A stretch of 64,000 bases of DNA. It comes from Takakia lepidozioides (taxonomy: Eukaryota; Plantae; Bryophyta). The notes under the pieces are model-generated. The model saw only the letters and a program-made list of their open reading frames with translations. It was not told where the DNA came from and did no database searches. Positions 13,101-26,180 of this stretch are shown one piece after another (position 1 is the stretch's first letter; every line of letters starts with the position of its first letter). The stretch covers positions 6,138,001-6,202,000 of the forward strand of contig CM060732.1 in NCBI GenBank assembly GCA_030704615.1. Direction: 5' to 3'. The position numbers were made by a program, and so were the translations under genes.

Positions 13101-13999
13101 GGGCGACTACACGCGCTTTGCGAGCAAAGGACCGGCGTAGGAATGTGCCTTCACAAGAATTGCCAATGGAATTGCCTCTAAGTTCATTCCACCATTGGTT
13201 TCGGACTGAAGTAGAGGATAACATTGCGAAAGGTGAGATAGTTTCAGATTTGGTGCAAGACATTGAAAGGGGCCCCTCTCAATTTGCGACCTCATACACG
13301 GCGGTTTGGGTTCATGGTCGTCGTTTCCGCATTCGTGCTCTTGACATGAAGCGCAAAACAACGTTTGATTCTGGCTTGTGTGCCTCATATTGGCAAGACT
13401 CCGTGTGGGGCAGGGGAGATACGCGACCTACCATGAGCACACTCAACTACTTTGGAGAGCTTGAGAGCATACTCCAACTTCAGTATACAAGGCACCAACC
13501 TCTTATCTTCAAGGCAAGGTGGTTCCACCCACATCTTGTGGGGCCATCCGCAACAATAGTGGAAGACGAGTGTGGTTTCATGTGCGTCAATACAGATAGG
13601 CTAGAGTCTACTCATCGTCCCTCCGATGAACTTTTTTCATGGCCTTCAGACATGGAGCAAGTTTTCTTCTCCGGATCAAGAAATTGGAAGGTGGTTGTGC
13701 ATGCTCAGCCAAGAGAAAGACGTATCTATCATGGTCGGGGATCTATATGGGGCGAGGCAAATGCGGAGGAGGAAGAGACTGGTCATGATGAAGATGATGG
13801 CCGAGGTTGGATAGAGGGGGTACAAGAGAATGATGATGCCCCGGACAATGCATCCCGGACCCTATACGATGAGGCTCCATCAGATGCGGATGTTGGAAAA
13901 GAAGATGAAGACATGGTCATTGAAACCGAGGTGGAAGATGATTCAGATGTGCCTTTTGGTGACCAGGCCATTTATGACAATGACTCTGATGAGCAATAA
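10135..13999 (+). pseudogene. CACTA transposase (TnpD-like; Transposase_21, DUF4218, DUF4216 type motifs), spliced and disabled
   Basis: HACPC..CPKC, FSSDGVNP, STWPV, TMHDYPG, KGYHAC, DPMHIEKNV, PSFFDIQVHL..GPV..WMY..ERYMK..EGSMAEGY, YFGELESIL..FKARWF. GT-AG introns; 1-bp frameshift near 11370; in-frame TGA at 13061-13063. Confidence 0.92.
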
Positions 14000-14189
14000 G
14001 ACTCGCAGCTTGATGAGGACAAAGAAACTCCGGATGATGATGTTCAAGTCGATTAGACACGTAATCAAAGCTACATAATAATTCTCGCACATAACTATAC
14101 CCATCCCTTCGATTGATTATACATGTACATGCATGTAGCTTATTTCTATGATTGATTAATGAAAAATCCATGAAAAAAATCCTTTGTAG

Positions 14190-15051
14190 GTGTGGCGATC
14201 TAGGAATGATTTTAGTGAAGTTGTGACTCGAAAAATGAGTCTAGGATTGTTGAGTTTTTGTACGAGGGCACGAATGTTGGAAGACATGGTTCTTGTTCTA
14301 CAAGTGCTGACCAAGACTTACCCCTGGAAACCCTTTATCAATTTGGTTACCATGATCTCGATGCAACAGAAAGAATCTTCGAAATTGGTGTGAAAGACAA
14401 CAATGTTGCCAAAGCCATTACCCTCAACCCTCTAATCCCATGGCCCTTCCATTTTCCTTTCCTAGTGTCCCCACCCCCTCTTCTTGCCCTTTGTCTTTAA
14501 CAATAAGCTTCTTTCAAGCTTCAATGCACCCTTGGCTATACTAGAAGTCTCCGTTATCATATAACCATATGGCAAACAAGTCTGGAAAGTTGTTCTTGGT
14601 GTGAGTTTGATCCACAGAATATCCTTTGGAATCCAATTCTTTACCAGAACAAGCTCCTCATGCATATAAGTATAAACATTCACCTTCCTTTCCTCCCTTT
14701 CCTTCACCCTCCTTCAAACTCTACTCGCTTAATGGATAGCAATGCTATCACATAAACCAGCGTTGGTAACCAACGTGCTCTTCCTCTACAGGCCACCTGA
14801 TAAATCTTTATCACTCCTTTCTCCAGACCCCACTCAAGGTCAGCATTATGCACTCTCTTAAGAATGTTTTATTTACAACCGTCTGGCAATTCCAAGAACC
14901 TCCGAAAGAATTGTTTGGACAATCTTTCCTTCTCAGTTTCACAAGGAATTTGATTCACATCAAATTCTTTAATTCTCCATCCACCATGATCCCACCAGAT
15001 GCCTGTCACATCTGGTTGTTCATGACCCGGTTCCCCAGTATGGTCGTCAAA
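14190..15051 (-). mobile_element. 5' internal leader of the Tat/Ogre-like element including PBS
   Basis: Reverse complement matches 59442-59970; PBS-like TGACGACCATACTGGGGA directly after the LTR end. Left boundary approximate. Confidence 0.8.
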
Positions 15052-15994
15052 TGTCGAACGGCTTTTACTCACCCATCCCTTCGCTATCCGAGGTGGAAAC
15101 TCCAAGATAGAAGAGTTGGATATCTCTAAGCACTCAGCCCGCTTAGAACAATCAGTCATGACCTGCAGCTAGTGAATCATGGTTGTGCTTCCTATTTGTA
15201 TTCCTTCTTGCCTTTCATGTTATCAATTTACCTTACCGTGTATACTGAAGCATCAGATTGCTTCAGTATCTACTAAGTTCCAGTTAATCATGCATTCATT
15301 CCACAGCTTCACTCATGTCTCTCTACACAGTGTGATTGTATCGAATAAATATCAGATTATGATTTATCAGGTATCAGGCCAATGCCATGGTGACTTTAAT
15401 CTGCCCTACAGTATCACTACAGCTTTGCATGTAATAAGCATCTACTGTTCATCTTTCCTCCTTCTCTCGTTCTTGCTCTCCGTCTGATCTCCTCTCATGC
15501 ATGTCCAAGAAGCGCTCCCCGTTAAGTTATCCCCTTCCCGTTGCCGCTCTCCTAATCTACCCGCAAGCTGTTCTAACCACCTAACTAACTAACTGTCACC
15601 CCTGAAGTAACACGTTCCCTTTGCAGATGTCGTTCCCTCACAGTCGTTCCCTGTCAATGATAACTGTTCCCCGTGTACTGTGACAGGCTCTGTCAAGCTG
15701 TGCCGAGCTGTGACTGGTTGTGTAAAGCTGTGTCGGGTTGTGACTGGCTGTGCGAAGCTGTGGCGGGCTGTGTCGGGCTGTGTAAAACTGTGGCGAAGCT
15801 GTGTCAGGCTGTGTAAAGCTGTGTCGGGCTGTGTCGGGCTGTGACTGGCTGTGTGGAGCTGTGTCGGGCTGTGTTACCCCCTTAAAGCCTGTTGCTGCCA
15901 CCCCTAAGGCTCCTGTTGATCTCAGTCTACGCAAAAATTAAGGGTACCCCGCAGAACCCGTAAAAGCGTCTAAGTCCCAAGCAGCCCTCTAACA
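15052..15994 (-). mobile_element. 5' LTR of the same Tat/Ogre-like insertion (inverted)
   Basis: On the minus strand TGTTAGAGGG...TTCGACA followed by PBS; outer flank CTCTC (GAGAG in element orientation). Confidence 0.9.
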
Positions 15995-16264
15995 CTCTCA
16001 GTCCCCCCCACCTTTTTTTTTCTTTTTTTTTGGAATGATTGGGGGCTGATAGCAGCAGCAAGTGCTGGTGCTATCAGCCCCACCACCCCCCCCCCCCTCT
16101 TTTCATTTTTTGCTTATCAGCAGAGAGAGAAAGGGGGAGATGGAGGAGGACATAAAGATAGAGGGAGAGGGAGAGAGGGGAAGGGGGAGGGTCAGGCCTT
16201 GTTGGTTTTTGGCATGTGAAATCACACGGTAGTAGTGTTGTGGGCGCAAGGATAAGTTGGTAGT

Positions 16265-18474
16265 ATGGCGAAGAACAAGGAGAAGGGGCCGCCGAAGGAA
16301 CAGAAATCGCCTGCCTCTAAGGTAGGGAAGCCTGACAACGATCCCGTCATTGACGGCCGTGTGACACGGTCCACTTGGTCCAAACTCACCAGCCCTATAG
16401 GCGGCTATGTGAGAGGACCAAGCCGTAAGGCCGTCGAGGCCTCCACGCCCTCGAAGGTTGAGGCTGGGGATGAGCCTCCACTTGAGGGTGATGCACCCAA
16501 TGTTCAGGCTGGGACGCCACCCCACGGCCTGATGGAGGGCCCTGACTTTTTCGCGGGGAAGCGCATTCTCGGATCTGCCGCCAGGTATGGGCAACTTGAT
16601 CTTAGCCCCACCGCCAATGCCTTTTCCCCTTCTTCTGCAGCCAAGAGGGCTTATAAGGGGGGGGCTCAGAAGGGGGTGGGTTCCTCCTCACCTTGGAAGA
16701 AGAGGGAGGCTTCAAAGGAGGCCGCAATGAGGTGGAAGGAGGAGGAAAGGAAGAGGGAGGAAGACAAGAAGAGGGAAGAGGGAAATAAGGGGGCACGGGA
16801 AAGGGAGGGGGAAGAGGAGAGGGTGACACTGGCTATGGAGGGCCCCTTGCAAAGTCCGTTGCCTGAACGGTCAATGAAGAAGACCCTGGACTTTGGGGCG
16901 CCGCTTGCAAGCCTATTGGGTGCATGGGATAGGCTTTCACCCTTATTCCGAGAGGGCGTTATGGGGGGTGCACCACAAGCGGGGACCGAGGGCAACATTG
17001 AGGTCATGGACGCAAAGGTGAGCCTCTTTCCTTCACCTTTTTTTCTTTCCTTTGCCTTTCATTTTGTTTCTGGTTTGTTTCTAATTTTGTGGGTTTTGTG
17101 TTCAGGAGCTTGGCGCATTCGTGGTTAAGCTTGTGGCAAGCAATGGGATTGCCACCGACAAAGCAGGGACAGTGGTGGTGCCTACCCGTGGGGACAGTAA
17201 GAGGAAGAGGAAAAGACGTCGTGTCCTCGAGGTTCCCCTAATCATCAAGGAGGGTAGGGAAGTAGTGGAGGGAAAGGGGAAAGGACAGGCCCAGGAGAGG
17301 GAGCGTAAGAGAAAGAGGCGTAGAAGGAGAGAGGTGCAGCCGGGGGAGGGCACTAGTGGGGGAACAAAAGACAAGGGGGAGCTAGTTCAGATGAGCGTGC
17401 AGCTGGTGGAGGGCATTAGCGGGGCAACAAAAGACAAGGGAGAGGTAGTTCAGAAGAGTGTGGACGAGGTAAAGACCTCGGGTCCCCGCAACCTTGATTT
17501 GCCAAAGATGAAGGTGCCCCCCTTAGAGACCAATAAGGTCGGTGACCCCATTGGTAAGTATTGGGAGGCCATGAAAAAAGTAGCCTTCGACTTGGCGGCG
17601 AGGTGGTTCCCTTGGCATATTGATTGACCACGCCAATCACATCGCCATAGGCGAGCATTCGTGCAAGCACTTGAGGGCACATTTCCGGGTGAGTGGAATG
17701 AGGGGAAGATCTTGGAGCTGGTGGGAAAGAACCTCAAGGACAAGAGGTACCGTGCGCGACAAACCATTTGCAAGGCACTCAAGGCGAGGGTCAAACCAAC
17801 GACCATGCCACATGGAATAACCAAGGTAAGACGCACTTCACTTGTCATTGGTGTCTTTGAATGCATGTTCATTGCGGTATGGAGTTCATTAACATTTATA
17901 GTGTCTTTGTTGGGGTTGGACAGGAATCTTGGGAGGCTCTCATCGCAGGGGAGAGGGAAGAGCTGAAGGCGGAGATCTTCGCAAGGGGACGTGCGGCAAC
18001 TGCAGCACGCCTCCAGAAGTGTGCGGAATCAACACACAAGTGGGGCCCCGGCGGAAGCAAGAGTTTTGTCACCCGATTCGTAAGTGTTCTTTCTCTTGTC
18101 ATACCCATTCTTCTTTTTTAGCTTCTCCCTTCCATTATGAATTCTGACCTGTCATTGCATTTGTATGTCATGTGCAGAAAAAGAAGTTTCAGAGGCCTCC
18201 CTCTGCCATCGAGCACAACTTTTGCAAGGCTCAGGGGTGGAAGGCCCTTGTAGCCTCAATGGCCAAGATGCCACAATTGACGGAGGATAGTGCATCTATA
18301 GGGGTGGGGATGGGTAGTTCAGTGGCTCGGCCGGATGGGGGAGAGCTTGTATTAGGGGGTGGATCGAAGGATGATGTAATCTCGGACTTGGCCTCATCAT
18401 CCTCCAAATTGAAGGCCCAGCGTAGCTTGCATTCCTCGGACGAGTACACCTATGACTCAGGTGATGAGGAGTGA
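16265..18474 (+). pseudogene. CACTA second gene (TnpA/ORF2-like), spliced
   Basis: Exon-like ORFs about 16265-17017, 17106-17825, 17924-18080, 18178-18474 joined by GT-AG introns; basic NLS-like runs; in-frame TGA at 17625; inside the CACTA termini. TnpA identity is inferred from position. Confidence 0.6.
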
Positions 18475-18719
18475 GGGATGGTTCCCAGTTAGAGACATGT
18501 AAAGGTAGTACTCGCTTTATGTATATATTTCTTCAGTTGTCATTTCGATCCTCATTCTAACCTTAATGGACATGTGGATTCTAATCTAACCTATAGATTA
18601 GAATGCATGCATTTCATGCAAGCACGAGGCACACCCCAACCCCCAAGAAACCCCCCCCCCCCAAACGAAAAAAAAAACCCCAAAACCCCACCCCAAATAC
18701 CAACTGGCTACCCTGCCAC

Positions 18720-19160
18720 CCAGCGACAGCCGGGTGCGACCAGCGACGCTGTTGCGATTCCCAGCCGTCGCAACAGAACCATGCCAACGTGGAGCTAGCG
18801 ACGCCACAAAGGCGCTGCGACGTTGTTGCGACTCGAATGGGCGTCGTCCTTGCAACTGCCCCATGACGCAGGGGGAGGGATGGACCCCCCTCCCTGCCCT
18901 TTGTTGTGACTTGTGGGAGTCGCCATATTGCGACGCCCCGATGGGGCGGCGTCTTTCCGCCGTCGCTGGTCGTGGCTAGGTGGACCCGGGGGATTAGCGA
19001 TTCCCTTAGGTCGCTAATCTGCGACGTTCCGGGAGCGACATCGGACCGACGTGGCGGCGACTTCCCCATGTCGCAATTTGTCCCCGGCGCGCCCCGGGCG
19101 GTGTAGTGTATTTCCGTCGCTAGGTGCGGCATTTGGAGGTCGCTGAGGCATCGCTAACCC
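18720..19160. repeat. CACTA right subterminal repeats
   Basis: Dense GCGAC/GTCGC motifs mirroring the left end. Confidence 0.8.
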
Positions 19161-19188
19161 CCCCCCCCCCCCCCAAAACGTAGTAGTG

Positions 19189-20150
19189 ATGGTGGTGGTG
19201 GATAGGTTCAGTAAAATGGGCCATTTCATTCCCACCAAGGAGACGGCAACAGCACAAGAGACGGGGCAACTTTACTTTGCCCACGTCTTCAAGCATCATG
19301 GACTCCCAAAGGATATTGTCTCGGACCGCGATCCAAAGTTTACAAGTAAATTTTGGAGGGCACTTTGGAAGAAAATGGGGACGTGGCTCTGATGAGCACC
19401 GCCTTCCGACCTACGACGGACGGCCAAACGAAAAGGGTGAATTCCGTGGTGAAGCAGATCTTGCGGAATTACGTGTCGGCAGACCAATCGGACTGGGTAG
19501 AGCACTTGGATGCGGCAGAGTTCTGTTATAATAACACAAAACACTCTACAACGGGAGTTTCCCTTTTCGTATTGGTCTATGGAAAAGCACCTTTGGTGCC
19601 GACAAGTTGGGGCCGCCCAAGACGTTGAGGAACCGGCAGTAACAGCGGTGCTGGAAGAACGCGAGCGTTTGTTGAAGCTCGCAAAGTACAACATTGCCAA
19701 AGCTAGGAAACGGTATGAACGGCAGGTGAATCGGAAGCGGAGTTAAGTTTGAGGCAGGCACGGAGGTCTGGTTGAACATCAAGAATTTCCGACTACCTCT
19801 GGAAGTGAGTCCGAAGTTCGTACCTCCGTATGCGGGACCCTTTTGCATCCGGAAGGTTATGAATGAGGATGTGTATGAATTGGAGCTGCCGGCAAACAGC
19901 AAGGTGCATCCGGTATTCCACGTCTCCCTTTTGAAGCCTTACTTCAAAGATGAAGCGCGTCCGAATTGGCATCAAGTGTTGCGTCCGCCACTTGTGCTAT
20001 TGGATCATGAAAATGAACCCGAGTACAAGGTGGAGGCAGTGCTTAAGTCGAGGAGGTTCAAGAATCGAGAAACGGAGTATCTCGTGAAATGGAAGGGCTA
20101 TCATCATGTGGAGGCATCTTGGGTGCGTGCCTCAGAGGTGGCTGGAAATC
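19189..20150 (+). pseudogene. Chromovirus integrase 3' part with GPY/F motif and chromodomain
   Basis: VVVDRFSKMGHF, IVSDRDPKFTSKFW, PTTDGQTKRVN, PYAGPF, HPVFHVSLLKPY, EYKVEAVLKSR..EYLVKWKGY..ASW; frameshifted. Confidence 0.92.
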
Positions 20151-21383
20151 TAGAACTCGGAACCGATCATCCGGGATATAAACAATTTCCCCAAACCAAT
20201 GAAGGACGCTGAGATTGGGGTGGTGGCACCTGTGAGCGACCGCGCATTCGACACTTGGTTGCACAAAGCGACCTTCTGGAGCCAGGTGAGACTCTAAAAA
20301 CATACTCTTTGTTCCAACAATGAGTACATGGTTTCTTCTGTTGAATAACTCAAAATTTGGCGGATGGTTGTGCAGCTGGAGAAGTGGGCAATTGATACTT
20401 ATGAGAAATCACTGATGGACTACAAGATCACAATGACCACTCCCAGCATCAAGTTCCAATCATACGTTCGGAAATGGAGAAGAGAGTTGTGGAAGTATGT
20501 TTTTTTCCGTGAGTTCAAGAAGGAAGGAGACATTCTCCGCTCGCAGGACTTCGACCATCAGTATAATGGGGAGCAGGCAATGAAACGAGTTCTGTACAGG
20601 TACTGCCTTCTATGGTGATGGTCCTACATCAAGCTGTCGTTGACGACATCTTAAAACAGACATTCTCTTTAGTGCACCTAGTAATTTTTCAACAGTGAAC
20701 ATAGAATTCCATGTATGAAGGGGGTCGATTTAAGGTGGCGTTGATGACACCTTAAATCGGCGCTCATGTGAATTCCGAGCGACATCTGCAAAAATGGCGC
20801 CAAATTTCGCGGTAATAGGTTCCGCAAGCAGAAAAATCGACGACGTATTGCGCGGTAATAGGTGACTCCGGCGAAAAATGGTGCCGAATTTCGCGGTTAT
20901 AGGTCCCAACTTCATTGAAGTGTAAGCCCAAAATTTGGAAATGTGGCGCCGAATTTCGGTACATGGTGCCGGGCATTGCACAAATGTTGGGCAGTTCTGG
21001 GCCATGTAACTGAAAATCTGGCGCCATTTTTCCAGACATCGTTTCCAGACAATGTTGGGACTTAGCCAGTTTTCGGCCCAAAAAAAGAAATTCGGTGCCA
21101 TTTTTCCAGAAATGGCCCCCTCAACTGCAACTGTTGGAACTCAATTTTCTGGAAGATTTGCAAATTTTTCCTGCCGCCATCTTTGTATTGATTCTGTTTC
21201 GACGTTGAATTGCCACTGGACGTCAATGGATATCCAACAGTCCCTAGTGTTTAAAAGACATCACTTTAATATTGTCTGTCTCATTCCAGGAGTTGTGGGG
21301 TGCAATTCATTACACTGCAAAACAAAGTCTAATGCATAAAAATGCAATTGCAAATATCCATATGGTGGATTCCCTTTTCCCCA

Positions 21384-24300
21384 TCAATGATTTCTGGAAT
21401 CCCGGCGGAGGAGTTTGTGCAGCTCGTTCACGCTCAACGCTGGTGCATGAATAAAGTCATCAATAGTCAAGTTCATCCTCAACATCTTCAGGTAAATGTA
21501 AAACAGATGTTTGCACGGATAATACTTTGACCCCTTCTTTGCTTCCATCAACGAGAAGTCCGTACAATTGCAAGTCGGCTCCATTCCAATCGTAATTGTG
21601 TATACGTCGTCGCGTACAGCTGAGCCGGCCGTTGCCATCCGATAAACACGCCCAAGGCCGGGTGGGGGTACGTCCACGGAGCTCTGAATAGTGCAAGCCA
21701 TCCCAAGAGCATTGGCAATCCGAGTCTCATTCAACTTGTTGGGAGGGTGTCGTCTCTTCACTCTTCCGAATCGCATTGTGGGATGTGCAGAATTGTCCAA
21801 TCCGTCTCTACTGGACGGAGCAGCCTGCAATGGCTGGGTCTGAGGAACTGGAAACGAGTGGGCCAGGACGTCTGTGCATTGCACCATTCAAAATCCTGCT
21901 GCAGAAAGAGCATCCGCCTCATTCTGAGAGAGGTTGCAACCCGGTGCAACAGGCCAGACGCCCGGAGGCTCCGGCATTCCCTGAATCTTGTACTTGGGCT
22001 TGCCAAATACACAGGTCATTATGTCGTGCCTACAGAACCAAAACGTCTGCATTGTGGCGTGAGAGAATGTGGGAGTCAAAAATCTGCCGCTGAAACAAGG
22101 TGCAGGTACAGCACCGTGTGGGTTCCTCCGAATCAGCTCACCACAGTGTGCTCTCGTATTCACCCGGATGGCGCAGCACTTCCCTCGAAATGCCGGCAAT
22201 GTCCTTGCAATTCTCCACTGTGACTCCGACACTCTTGTCTCCACAATGGGTATGTTGTACTACGTTACTACAGATGGTTCGTTATGTTCCTCGGGCACGT
22301 GCCCTGTGCTCAAAGGAGATGGCGATCTTGAACGTGCAGGACTTGCGGTGCTCGACGAGACCTCCTCGGGCAACATCACGGGACCATGAGGGAGCGTGCG
22401 AATATTCTTGTCAGCTCGCCATGAATCCTCTTCTCTGCCAGGTGCCTCGTCAAGTCTTCGTCTCACTAGACGGGTGTGAACATCTCCTTCCAAGTGTTGG
22501 CCTCTTTGAAGCAATGGCATGTCCCGAAGGCCCTCTCACAAGGCTGCCGCCCACTTGCAAGGATTCTTTGATCTGGAGGTAGTCCGCATCAGCATTTCCT
22601 GCCTGTCCGGCCCCAAACCCCACTGTTTCCCTTTCAAGAACTCGTTGTATCTGCATTGCTGCATAATTGACCTGACAGTGTCCTCCGTTTTGGCAGTGAG
22701 GATGTCCACCAGATGCACTGCAGAGGAGGCACGCCAGGAAGAATGTACTGATTCGGCCATGTTTGTTGTCGGCATGTCGGTGTCGGAGTCCAGACTCATT
22801 TCCTGCACATGCACATGTTGAGGTTACAAGCAAGTTACAAAGAACAAGTAGCATAATATTCAACGTGACGCGAATTCGTCCAACTCACCTCCCGCATATA
22901 GTCGCCGAACTGAAGGAAATGATAATGTCACCATGCTAGCCAACTGACCATTGCTCCCTCGTCTGATTTCTTTACAACACCTGACGTTGTCCACCAAGCC
23001 CGTATACATGCAAATTGTGTCTCTGCATCATCCAAGGTGGGAGCACGCTTCCACGCAAGACACATGGAACGATGCTCCTCTCTGAAATCTGGCGCCACGA
23101 GCCAGGTTGTGTACTGCGACAAGCTCTGCAGAAAATAGAACCCACAAGATCTCTCCCTGCCTTCCATCGGAACATTGGGGTCTTCCCCGTACACCCTTCG
23201 GATGGCAGCCCAATTTGCTTGTGCGTTGTCTACCATGAAACCACGGAAATTGGGAGGGGGCAATCCCGCCCTGGCCATCTGTTTGTTTATTCCCTGCCAA
23301 AGAAGCATCTCCGATTGTGTGTCCTCTCCTTTCATCTCACAAATAGCAATTGTCATTAACATCCTGCAGTGGGTGTCGTAGACATGTGCAGCCATTGTCA
23401 CCCACTGGTGATTTGTAATTCGCTTGATATGGTCGAACATGACCCAACTGTTTGACAAGTCCCCACTCGTCATCCGGTCGACCAGTTTGACGCCGCTGCC
23501 AGGCCCACACGTGGACATTTTGAATACGAAACAACAATCTGCCTTAGTCCCTTGTCCAGGAAACCTACTTCCATGAATGTAGTCATATCCACATTGTCGC
23601 TTCACCTCCAGAATAGAGTGCATATCCGAGCCACGCCCAATTTTCTATTCGCGGGAGGCAATGTGGTTTTGGACATTCGATGAACAGACGTGAGACACCG
23701 ACTCCAGCAATGCCTCCATTTCCATCTCATCGAGAGGAACTCTGTCGGAGCCGTCTTCCGACATAATTCTGGCCAATGCCATCTTATGGGCGGCCTGCAG
23801 CTGTATCTGTTTGGGTTTGGCACCAGGTCTCAACCTAACCTCCTCCTGAACGAGCTGCTCTGCCTCGTGGGCAGCCTCCCGCAAGTTCTCCCTCGCCAAT
23901 TTGTGACAATGGGAACCAACGTGTATGCAAGCTCATGTGAGGTCAGGGAAACGGTGCAACACATAGAACTCCTTGGCATTACAAATAGACATGCAATGTG
24001 GTGGTTCTTTGCAATGCACACACTTAAATGTGGAGTTTGGAACCTTCTCTTGAGCTCGAAATGGTTGATGAGCTGTGCCTGTCCAATCCATTGACCTCTG
24101 GATTTAAAGTGGAAGCAAGTTGGGGAGAAACACCGCAACGCGCCCGCACAAACAACGTAGCGCACCCGCACACCATCGAGCATCTTCATGCTGGTGGTTT
24201 TGGTGACGCACCAAGGATGACCGTCATGTTTCCTATCCATATCTGTCAACATTCCGGACGCCCTCGAATAGTCCGTTCGAGGAGGGAACTCAAAGAACAT

Positions 24301-24961
24301 ATTACCGTCGATGTCTGCGGGAAGGCACGTAACGGATTTAATGGCGAACTTGCTGTAGTCCAGCCCAGCCAGCTCCGAGCGGTGTCCCTCCATGTGAAGC
24401 CCTCGCAGAATTTCAAGAATGGATCGAACTGCTGTGTTCGTGCTGGGAATATGACTCCCTCGTCCGCTGATGTCCATTGAGGACTTGCCTGATCTCCAGG
24501 ATGATCTCGGAACTTCCATGATCTCGTCAGAGTCGGACAGGTTGTGAACAACCCGGTTCTCGCTCGTCTTCATTGATTGGTTCGGCTCTGAATTTACTTT
24601 GTTGCGGATTTCTCTCTTTGAGGTACCCACTCTCTGATTCGCGGATTGTTTCGTGGAAGGCGGCATGATAGAAGGCGCATTTGGCGGGCAAATGAAGTCC
24701 CCAACAGCCCTGTATATGACGTTGTCCGATGGTGGAACTCGCCATTCCCTGCCGTTGCCGAAATCATCGTGGAGCACAACAATACTTTCGACTACAGTTT
24801 GAATCCTTCCTATCCTCCTCCAAAAATACCAACCCCGGTTTCAGGTGGTATCAAACGCAGAGATATTTCTCCATCACCAGGCAGATTTCCCCTCTGCACG
24901 GAAATGTAGCTCTATGCTCGTGAGGAGGGCAGAACACTATAGCGCTCGGGTTTTCTGCCAT
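21384..24961 (-). pseudogene. MULE transposase A (WRKY/GCM-like Zn domain, DDE, CxxH, SWIM)
   Basis: DGHPWC..C..C, VMFDHIKR (D1), FMVDNAQANW (D2), ERSCGF(Y/H), TTNMAESVH (E), CNCTDF..CKHL (SWIM); intron 22803-22888; several stops and frameshifts. Confidence 0.88.
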
Positions 24962-25379
24962 GGGAGTTGTGCACACAAGACTGCCGGGACGGCGTTCGGA
25001 CAAGCGCCCTGGGAGAAGGGGGGATGCAGCGAGGGGAAGTTATGCAGGGCCGATTTTTGCAAGCGACGAAGCCTATTCACGAATCCGGGGAGCCCACTCT
25101 CCCGAAAATCCACTGTCAGAGAGTTAATGAACCTTGTTTGCGGAATGCGGTCCCTGGCCTTTGCGCAATAACTGCCAACGGTATGCAGTCAGAAGGTATA
25201 TGACCTGTGCAGATGCGCTGCGCAAACCAATCATTACGGCGTCTGACAAGAAGCGTGGGGGCGCGAGCGTGCAAGCACCTTCCCCATGGACAGAGGGAAC
25301 TGACAGAGGTGGCATTCCAGTGGGTCTGATTACAAGATTGAGTGCTAGAACCTCGCCGCCAAAAGTCAACATACAACAG

Positions 25380-26180
25380 CGGCGCCGAATTTGCATCCGA
25401 GGCCGGTCGGATGATTTCGTCTCGAGGGTGAGTCGGTCACCTGGCCGACAAAGAACATTACCCGGATGGAAAAACGGCGCCGAATTTCCATCCGAGGCCC
25501 GTTGGATGAAGTCGTTTTGGGGGGAGAGGCCGACACCTGGCCGACAGAGAACATCCCCCGGATGGAAAAACGGCGCCGAATTTCCATCGGAGGCCGACAC
25601 CTGCTCGACAAAGAACATCCCCCGGATGGAAAAACGGTGCCGAATTTCCATCGGAGGCCGGCCGGATGAAGTCGTTTCGGGGGGAGAGGCCGACACCTGG
25701 TCGACAGAGATCATCCCCCGGATGGAAAAACGGCGCCGAATTTCCATCGGAGGCCCGTTGGATAAAGTCGTCTCGTGGGGAGAGGCCGAAACCTGGCCGA
25801 CTCAGATCATCCCCCGGATGGAAAAACGGCGCCGAATTTCCATCCGAGGCCCGTAAGATGAAGCCCGTATCGGCACTTCTTCAACAATTTATAGTCGTTG
25901 CATCAAGTTTTTCGCGTTTTTTTGTATGGCTACACACTAAACTTGGAGTTTTTTGCCTATAGGTCACATTTCGCACGTTATTCCCACCATTCTGGTCCGC
26001 TAAAGACAAATTCGTTGCCGGTTTTCCATCGATGAGGTGGACCAAATTACCTGCAGGATGGAAATTCGGCGCCGGATTTCCATCCGGCGTCTCCTGGATG
26101 AGAACTGCTCGGGCGGAGGGAGGGCCTCGTTGCATCATACTTCATCTGCTGGATGGAAATTCGGCGCCGATTTTTTCCAT
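25380..26180. repeat. Intergenic palindrome array, copy A
   Basis: Repeated CGGATGGAAAAACGGCGCCGAATTTCCATC(C/G)G units at roughly 60-90 bp spacing. Confidence 0.9.

Larger units (their letters stand above)
1609..19188 (+). mobile_element. CACTA (En/Spm) DNA transposon with both termini, internally rearranged
   Basis: Left end CACTACTACGTTT at 1609, right end AAACGTAGTAGTG ending 19188; ATG on both flanks (1606-1608, 19189-19191); contains TnpD-like and second-ORF genes. Confidence 0.95.
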
